64,000 nucleotides of DNA from Candidatus Cloacimonadales bacterium (GTDB taxonomy: Bacteria; Cloacimonadota; Cloacimonadia; Cloacimonadales; JAIOQZ01). Shown piece by piece: positions 57,866 to 64,000 of the stretch. Every line of letters starts with the position of its first letter. The stretch's first letter is position 1. The notes under the pieces were generated by a model. It saw only the letters and a list, made by a program, of their open reading frames with translations, was not told the DNA's origin and did no database searches. A program made the position numbers and the translations under genes. The stretch spans positions 1 to 64,000 of the forward strand of contig OY771587.1 of the NCBI GenBank assembly GCA_963674825.1, read 5' to 3'.

Positions 57866-58840
57866 TTACTTCCTGTAAAAATCAAGAACGGACTTAAATC
57901 CTGCGAGCGTACGCACATGGCGCACGTTAAAAACCTCGTAAGTCTTTTCGACATCGTAGAACCACGACTGCGAAATCAGCCGGAAACGCGCCAGCCAGAG
58001 GTCGTTTTTCATGAACATTGCGATTCGCTCACCCAGCCGGAACCACATCGCTGAAATGATACGGTTGCGAGGATAAGGCTTACCATGCAGCTTCTCGTGG
58101 ATCTCGTCAGCAAGCTCAAGCAGCGAAACAGGATGCCGGTCTGCTACAATGAACGCAGAACCGGGTGTCATTTGTGCTTCAAGACTCTTCACAAAAACAT
58201 CAGCGAGCGTATTCACTTCCGTTAAATGGATGCGTACTGTGCGATCGGGCAGGAAAAGAAGCCGCTTATCGACCAGCTTGGTGAGAGTGTACGGGAATCC
58301 GTAGTCGCCGGGACCGTAGGTGATCGCTGGTCGAATGATGTAGCCATCGAGACCTTCAAGTACCATCTTCTGCACGATGGCTTCGGCGTGAATTTTCGTC
58401 TCGTGATAATAGCTGTCAAACTGTCGTTCGGTGTGGTCGTTGGCAGGAAGTTCGTTTGGAATCGCGCCAAAAACACCCACTGACGAGCAAAACACAAATC
58501 GCGCCTTGGTTCGCCACGCGGCCAGCATAAGCTGCTCGGTCGCAAGGACGTTTGCTTCGTAGTATTTCTTCTTGGGAAATCTTCTTCCACCGCGAATCGC
58601 ACCGATATGCAGGATCGCGTCAAACTCGTTTTCCTGCAGAAACTTCGTGAGTGAGGAAATATCAGAGAGGTCGATCTTGACGATCTTCATGAAACCTTCA
58701 AGCGATTCGAGACGTTTCTTTGAGGTCTCGGGACGGGCAAGTCCCACCAGATGCAGCTTTCGTGGAGCCAAGCGCTGTGCGACATGCCTTCCGATAAAGC
58801 CGGTTACACCGGTGATCAGTACTCGATTTATCTTTTCCAT
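57866..58840 (-). CDS. NAD-dependent epimerase/dehydratase (extended SDR)
   Basis: VLITGVTGFIG, NV.AT, SSVGVFG, YHETK (YxxxK), RP...YGPGD. Confidence 0.9.
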   Translation of the reverse strand: MEKINRVLITGVTGFIGRHVAQRLAPRKLHLVGLARPETSKKRLESLEGFMKIVKIDLSDISSLTKFLQENEFDAILHIGAIRGGRRFPKKKYYEANVLATEQLMLAAWRTKARFVFCSSVGVFGAIPNELPANDHTERQFDSYYHETKIHAEAIVQKMVLEGLDGYIIRPAITYGPGDYGFPYTLTKLVDKRLLFLPDRTVRIHLTEVNTLADVFVKSLEAQMTPGSAFIVADRHPVSLLELADEIHEKLHGKPYPRNRIISAMWFRLGERIAMFMKNDLWLARFRLISQSWFYDVEKTYEVFNVRHVRTLAGFKSVLDFYRK

Positions 58841-59625
58841 AGGAAATCCAGAACCTTCTTGATAGGATGACGACCGTCTTCCTTATCCACCTCCGCAACA
58901 CTGAGGTAGAAGTGGTCGATATCCTCTCCTTGCAGCATCTTGCGGGGATTTATTTTCGTCAGAAGCTCCGCAGTATATGCGTCGTACCGCTCGGTAAGAA
59001 GCGCCACCGCCTCCTGGAGAGAATTGGTCTCTGAGCGGCAATGGTTATCCGAAGCCAGGAAATGCGCGAATCCCGCATCAATCAGCTCCCACGCAGTGCG
59101 TTCGACATTGTTGCCATAACCACCAGTAAGGCTGCCGGAATTGATCTGCAAATACACATTCCGGTGTAGCAGATCTTCGGCCATGCCAAGATTCATCTGG
59201 ATGTCCATATAGCGTTCCGGATGAGCCAGAATGGGTTTGTAGCCGTTTCGCACGAGGTCGTACAGCGCTTGGATAAAGAATCCTGGAAAGCCGTTCATGC
59301 TGGATTCGACCAACACATATTTCGTGTCCGCAAGGTGCAGATCGTGCTGCGTGATATCGTCCAGAATATTGGTATCCAGCATCACCTCGGCTCCAGCGTG
59401 GAACTTCATCTCGATACCAGCGTCCTTGACCGCTTTTTGCAGGCCAGGCAATATCTTCAGCAGCTTTTCGCGTGGGTTGTCGTAGCTCCCACGCAGGTAG
59501 TGTGGCGTGAGCACGATTTCGGAAATACCGGCGTCCTTCGCAGCCTGAACAGAGGCAACAGAGGTCTCGATATCGGGCGAGCCATCATCGACACCGGGCA
59601 AAACATGTGTGTGAATATCGATCAT
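58828..59625 (-). CDS. PHP-fold CpsB/CapC/YwqE-type phosphatase
   Basis: MIDIHTHVLPGVDDG, TPH, LAHPERY, ASDNH. Confidence 0.9.
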   Translation of the reverse strand: MIDIHTHVLPGVDDGSPDIETSVASVQAAKDAGISEIVLTPHYLRGSYDNPREKLLKILPGLQKAVKDAGIEMKFHAGAEVMLDTNILDDITQHDLHLADTKYVLVESSMNGFPGFFIQALYDLVRNGYKPILAHPERYMDIQMNLGMAEDLLHRNVYLQINSGSLTGGYGNNVERTAWELIDAGFAHFLASDNHCRSETNSLQEAVALLTERYDAYTAELLTKINPRKMLQGEDIDHFYLSVAEVDKEDGRHPIKKVLDFLWKR

Positions 59626-60374
59626 CTGGTAATCCCGTGTAAAGCGTCAGCGAAAGCACGCACAAGCGACGTGTCCTTCTTGTCCTCAATTACAGTGCCA
59701 GTCACAATGTAGTCAGCGCCGGCTTTCGCAAGTTCGACGGCTGTTTCAGGTGTGCGGATTCCTCCACCCACAATCACCGGGATCTCGACGGCATCTTTGA
59801 CCGCCTTGATCATGTCCGCAGACATCGGTTCTTCCGCACCGCTTCCAGCGTCCATATAGATCAACCGCATACCAAGATATTGTGCTGCCAGCGCATGCGC
59901 GACGGCGATATCGGGCTTGTTGCGCGGGATGGGAATGCTATGACTCATGTACTGCACCGAAGTCAACTTGCCGGATTCGATCACCATATAACCGGTTCCA
60001 ATCACCTCCAGGTTGCAACTGCGGATAAGCGGTGCCGCGCGGACTTGTTCGCCGATCAGCATTTGCGGATTGCGGCTCGAAACCATGCTCAGAAGCAACA
60101 GCGCGTCGGCGTGCCGTGAGACGAAATTGAAGATGCCAGGGAAGATCAGCACGGGGATATTGACCGCCCGGCGGATCAGCTTGAGCGACTTCTCGAAATT
60201 ATCGTGGATCATCAGGCTACCGCCGATCAGAAGCGCGTCAGCTCCGCTTTCGGCACAGCCAACAGCGAGATCCACTGTTTCGTTGATATCGAATCGATCA
60301 GGGTCGATCAGGCAGAAATAACCCGCTCGTTCAGCGGCATGTTTCGTCAGTCTGTTGTAGATTTTCTTTTTCAC
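59622..60374 (-). CDS. Geranylgeranylglyceryl-phosphate synthase family prenyltransferase (group II-like)
   Basis: LIDPD, IGGS, PVLIFPG, SRNP..LIG.Q, GYMVIESG, YLGMRLIYMDAGSGA, VGGGIR, GAD.IVTG; GGAG RBS favours GTG at 60374. Confidence 0.92.
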   Translation of the reverse strand: MKKKIYNRLTKHAAERAGYFCLIDPDRFDINETVDLAVGCAESGADALLIGGSLMIHDNFEKSLKLIRRAVNIPVLIFPGIFNFVSRHADALLLLSMVSSRNPQMLIGEQVRAAPLIRSCNLEVIGTGYMVIESGKLTSVQYMSHSIPIPRNKPDIAVAHALAAQYLGMRLIYMDAGSGAEEPMSADMIKAVKDAVEIPVIVGGGIRTPETAVELAKAGADYIVTGTVIEDKKDTSLVRAFADALHGITR

Positions 60375-60483
60375 AGCATTCTCCAAAGTACCCTTATAAC
60401 GTTTATGCACATATCCCGTTTCGGCTTCGATTTGTCAATGTAGTTCTCAGGAGAATAGCTAGGCGAAGCGCAGTTGTGCCTGC

Positions 60484-61261
60484 CCTGGGTACGCAGACGT
60501 CTCGTCTGCATCTTCTTCTCTTGTATCTACCTCTGTTAGAACGCTGATGACCATTCCCACATTTCAGGTTTCTCGACCAGCCCTGCAGAAACCGGATTAT
60601 TCCTGATGTATCGACTTGTGGTTTGAAAGTGCTCTTCGGTTCGTATATATCGATCAAAGTAATCGTGCATCCAAAATTTACCTGAGCGATGCAGAGCCTT
60701 GTTCTCTTCGTGGGCGATGAATGATTTCCAGGATTGGATTATCTTCGGAATCGAATATCCGGATAATGGTTTGATCAAAGCGTGCACATGGTTTGGCATG
60801 ATACACCATTCAATGAGTGCGTATCGCTCTGAATCAAAAAACACAATCGCATTCTGAGCAATCTCAGCAATTGCCGGGATTCGCATGAAACAAGACCCAT
60901 ATCCCTTATCGGCATATTGCTGAATTAATTTTCTCAATACCGCTAACTGCTTAGGGTCTTTTTCTGATTTTTCCGTCCAATCAAATTCCATCTTCCATTT
61001 ATCAATAACATGGCTTGGAACTGAGTCGTACAAGCGTAACGTGATAAATTGATAGACTTCGTAACCATCGAAATGGGGGACGTATCCTCTTGAGTGCCAG
61101 CCTTTGTTAATCTTCATGAGGTAGGATTGTCGCGAAGATATGATTTGTCAATGAAAATAACGAGAACGCAGGCCGTTGTAGATTCCAGGTTTTATATAAA
61201 AACCTACAAGACGCCTGCGCTCCCAGAACAGAGATGCAGACGAGACGTCTGCGTACCCAGG
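60484..61261. mobile_element. REPtron: RAYT gene flanked by a perfect 30-bp inverted REP pair
   Basis: cctgggtacgcagacgtctcgtctgcatct (60484-60513) and its exact reverse complement (61232-61261). Confidence 0.85.
60536..61117 (-). CDS. REP-associated tyrosine transposase (RAYT, Y1 HUH family)
   Basis: GWHSRGYVPHFD, FITLRL.DS.P, IMPNHVH (HUH), WKSF, FW..DYFDRYIR, YIRNNPV.AGL, W.WSS. Confidence 0.92.
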   Translation of the reverse strand: MKINKGWHSRGYVPHFDGYEVYQFITLRLYDSVPSHVIDKWKMEFDWTEKSEKDPKQLAVLRKLIQQYADKGYGSCFMRIPAIAEIAQNAIVFFDSERYALIEWCIMPNHVHALIKPLSGYSIPKIIQSWKSFIAHEENKALHRSGKFWMHDYFDRYIRTEEHFQTTSRYIRNNPVSAGLVEKPEMWEWSSAF

Positions 61262-61286
61262 AAGGAGAGGCGGAGCGCAGGCCCCT

Positions 61287-61796
61287 TTACAGCTCCACCC
61301 AGTACTGCCTGAACAATTTCCCTTCGTGGGTTGAGGTGGTGTAGGCCTTGCCGCCGTTGTTCTCGATGGTTTTCGCAGAGCCGATGTTGTCGTCTTTGCA
61401 TGTGATTAATACCCGTTCATAGCCCTTTTCACGAGCGATATCCATCATCAGCTTGAGCATATGCGTCGCGTAGCCTTTCCGGCGCTCGGATGGACGAACA
61501 CCATACCCGATATGCCCACCGAAGTGCTTCAGGAAGTCGTTCAGCTCGTGCCGGAAGTGGATTCCACCGAGGATACGCCCGTTGTCGTCCACCAGAAAGA
61601 ACATGGTCGCCGGCACCCATCCGTCCGGGCAGGTTTCGCGCTTCGTTTCCGCTTCCCATTGCGCGACCGTCTCGTCAAATGTACTGTTTCCTCGAATCGC
61701 TACCGAAGGAGAGATCATCTCACTCGATTGCAGCAACTCACGCTTGTAGTCTTTGTATTCCTTCTCGGTAATCTCGTCATATCGAACTAATCGCAT
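61287..61796 (-). CDS. GNAT-family acetyltransferase
   Basis: GWVP, RHELN..L...GGHIGYGVRPSERRKGYAT, N.GS.K.IE.NGG. Confidence 0.9.
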   Translation of the reverse strand: MRLVRYDEITEKEYKDYKRELLQSSEMISPSVAIRGNSTFDETVAQWEAETKRETCPDGWVPATMFFLVDDNGRILGGIHFRHELNDFLKHFGGHIGYGVRPSERRKGYATHMLKLMMDIAREKGYERVLITCKDDNIGSAKTIENNGGKAYTTSTHEGKLFRQYWVEL

Positions 61797-61845
61797 GATG
61801 TCTCCCTTCTCATGGTGTTGATGTTATGGTCGTTAGGGAAATAGG

Positions 61846-61938
61846 GATGCAGGCAAGGGTGCCTGCGTACCCGGTGAGAGATGCAGACAAGAGTGCCTGT
61901 GCACCCAGGGAGAGATGCAGGTAAGGGTGCCTTTGTAC
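61846..61938 (-). repeat. Three tandem degenerate RAYT-type REP copies
   Basis: gatgcaggcaagggtgcctgcgtacccgg, agatgcagacaagagtgcctgtgcacccagg, agatgcaggtaagggtgcctttgtac at about 33-34 bp period. Confidence 0.8.
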
Positions 61939-61944
61939 ATTAAG

Positions 61945-61972
61945 AAAAAAGGGGAGAACCTGAGCTCTCCCC
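61945..61972 (-). terminator. valS terminator
   Basis: ggggaga/tctcccc stem with an A run on the + strand. Confidence 0.75.
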
Positions 61973-61995
61973 CTCTATTTATCATTCGATGTTGA

Positions 61996-64000
61996 TTATC
62001 TCAGATCATCCAGAAGAGTCCGGGTTTTTTCGAGCGTGACACGCACTTCCTCGTACTTCTCCTTCTCCTTATCGACCACTTCTTGCGGTGCGCGGGAGGT
62101 GAAGCTTTCGTTATTCAACTTACTCTCGATGCGCCCCAGATCCTGCGCGAGCTTCGCTTCTTGCTTCTCCAGACGTGCGATTTCACTATCAATGTCCACT
62201 AAACCGGTCAAGGGCAGGTAGATCTCGATGTCGGTCACTACATCCGCGAGCGACGGTTTTGGACGCTCGACGTCGGTTCCGCAAGTCATCTCTTCCACCT
62301 TGGCCAGCTTGCTGAAGTAGCCCAGGTTATCCTCGATGATGGCCTTCTGCTCACCACGAGCGACCTTTATGGACACGTTCACCATCTTGCCCGGTGATAT
62401 ACCCATCTGCTTGCGCAGGTTACGGATACAGCTTATGCAATCCTGCACGAGCTGCATCTTCGCGTCCACATTGGCGTCGATAAGGCAATCATCCGCCTGA
62501 GGATAATTCGCGATAATAAGGGCTTCTTCTTCGATAGGCAGCATGCCTTTGAGGCTCTGCCAGATCTCTTCGGTGATGAACGGCATCAGCGGGTGAAGCA
62601 GGCGCATGGACTGCTCCAGCACGTGCAGAAGGATATACTTCGCGGTGCGCTGCGCCTTCGGATTGTCGTCGTTATAGATGCGATCCTTGCTGAGCTCGAG
62701 ATACCACGAGCAGAATTCTTTCCAGATGAATTCCTGGAGGAGCTGTGCGGCGTCGTTGAAGCGCACGGCCTCGAAGTGCTCGTTCGCTTCTTTCGTCACC
62801 TGGTTGAGGCGCGAAAGAATCCACTTGTCGGCGAGCTCGAGTTCGATCTCGTCATCGGCAGGCAGCCCTTCGATTTTCTCCACGCTCATCATGATGAAAC
62901 GATAGGCGTTCCATATCTTGTTGGCGAAATTACGCCCATGCTCGATGACGCCCTCGGAGAAATAGCTGTCCTGACCACGTGGCGTATTGAAGATCATGCT
63001 GAAACGGAGCGCGTCGGCGCCGTAGATCGCGATGAGGTCGATCGGATCGGGCGAATTGCCCAGCGACTTGCTCATCTTGCGACCCTGTTCGTCCAGGACC
63101 ATGCCGTGCAGGAATACCGTGTCGAACGGAATCTTGCCGGTAAATTCCAGCGTGGACATGATCATCCGCGCAACCCAGAGGTAGATGATACCGGGCGCGG
63201 TGACCAGCAGGTTGGTGGGCAGAAAATACTCGAGGTCTTCGGTCTTTTCCGGCCAGCCCATGGTCGAGAAGGGCCACAGCCAGCTCGAGAACCAGGTATC
63301 GAGCACGTCTTCGTCCTGACGCAGTTTATCGCTGCCACACTTCGGGCAGGTTGTTGGATCCTCTTCGGAAACGATCATCTCGCCGCACTCGCAGTACCAC
63401 GCCGGGATGCGGTGTCCCCACCATATCTGGCGCGAGATACACCAGTCGCGGATGTTCTCCATCCAGTGCAGATAGACCTTTGTCCAGCGCTCGGGGATGA
63501 ACTTCACCTCGCCCTTGTTCACCACGTCGATGGCAGGTTCGCCAAGCGGTTTCATGCGCACGAACCACTGATCGGAGAGGTAGGGCTCGATAACGGTGGC
63601 GCAGCGGTAACAATGGCCTACCGCGTGCTGATGATCCTCGATCTTGGCGAGCAGGCGTTGCTGCTGGAGCTGCTCGACGATCTTCTTGCGGCAATCGAAG
63701 CGGTTCATGCCCACGAAGAGCGGACCCGCGTTCTCGTTCATCACGCCGTGGTCGTCCATCACCAGGATGGGTTCCAGGCCGTGGCGCTGCCCCATCATGA
63801 AGTCGTTGGGGTCGTGCGCCGGGGTGATCTTCACGCAGCCAGTACCGAATGTCATATCGACGTATTCGTCGGCGATGATGGGGATCTCGCGGCCTATGAA
63901 AGGCAGTAGAACCGTCTGGCCGATCTTGTCTTTATAACGCTCGTCATTCGGATTTACCGCTACAGCGACGTCGCCCAGCATGGTTTCGGGGCGAGTGGTG
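61996..64000 (-). CDS. valS: Valine--tRNA ligase, 3' part (5' end beyond the window)
   Basis: FGTGCVKITPAHDPND, DWCISRQIWWGHRIP, DVLDTWFSS, KMSKSLGN, C-terminal coiled coil. Confidence 0.98.
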   Translation of the reverse strand, partial: TTRPETMLGDVAVAVNPNDERYKDKIGQTVLLPFIGREIPIIADEYVDMTFGTGCVKITPAHDPNDFMMGQRHGLEPILVMDDHGVMNENAGPLFVGMNRFDCRKKIVEQLQQQRLLAKIEDHQHAVGHCYRCATVIEPYLSDQWFVRMKPLGEPAIDVVNKGEVKFIPERWTKVYLHWMENIRDWCISRQIWWGHRIPAWYCECGEMIVSEEDPTTCPKCGSDKLRQDEDVLDTWFSSWLWPFSTMGWPEKTEDLEYFLPTNLLVTAPGIIYLWVARMIMSTLEFTGKIPFDTVFLHGMVLDEQGRKMSKSLGNSPDPIDLIAIYGADALRFSMIFNTPRGQDSYFSEGVIEHGRNFANKIWNAYRFIMMSVEKIEGLPADDEIELELADKWILSRLNQVTKEANEHFEAVRFNDAAQLLQEFIWKEFCSWYLELSKDRIYNDDNPKAQRTAKYILLHVLEQSMRLLHPLMPFITEEIWQSLKGMLPIEEEALIIANYPQADDCLIDANVDAKMQLVQDCISCIRNLRKQMGISPGKMVNVSIKVARGEQKAIIEDNLGYFSKLAKVEEMTCGTDVERPKPSLADVVTDIEIYLPLTGLVDIDSEIARLEKQEAKLAQDLGRIESKLNNESFTSRAPQEVVDKEKEKYEEVRVTLEKTRTLLDDLR

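Noticed and set aside
61846..61938. Periodic repeats resembling a mini CRISPR array
   Set aside because: The units are nearly contiguous with no unique spacers, match the RAYT REP, and no cas genes are present.

Overview
Gene-dense bacterial chromosome segment. It is most likely from a Cloacimonadota (FCB superphylum) organism; this is inferred from five secreted proteins with a 'PNPFNP' FlgD-Ig/T9SS-like C-terminal domain, one protein with a different C-terminal domain, lpxB, and a group II GGGP synthase. Housekeeping genes include partial pyk, dusB, a TrmH-family methyltransferase, rpsO-pnp-ahcY, hflKC, two UDP-sugar dehydrogenases, tadA, tRNA-Ser(CGA), lpxB and partial valS. These are mixed with signalling genes (cNMP-FHA, GAF-HD-GYP, HDOD, TPR-sigma54 activator, TPR-HisKA, Cys-rich PAS kinase, K+ channel plus standalone CNBD) and large acidic surface proteins. 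Most notable observations: (1) a compact sigma54 circuit consisting of a TPR-sensor enhancer-binding protein, two palindromic enhancer-like sites, a -24/-12 promoter, a small receiver-like gene and a 1520-aa LamG/Ig adhesin; (2) a tightly coupled operon headed by an archaeal-type ether-lipid enzyme (GGGP synthase); (3) a RAYT transposase bracketed by a perfect 30-bp inverted REP pair; (4) two further intergenic repeat families, one a bipartite TTCnGAA motif I do not recognise. No CRISPR array, prophage, integrase or rRNA was seen. All calls come from motif recognition by eye; no searches were run.
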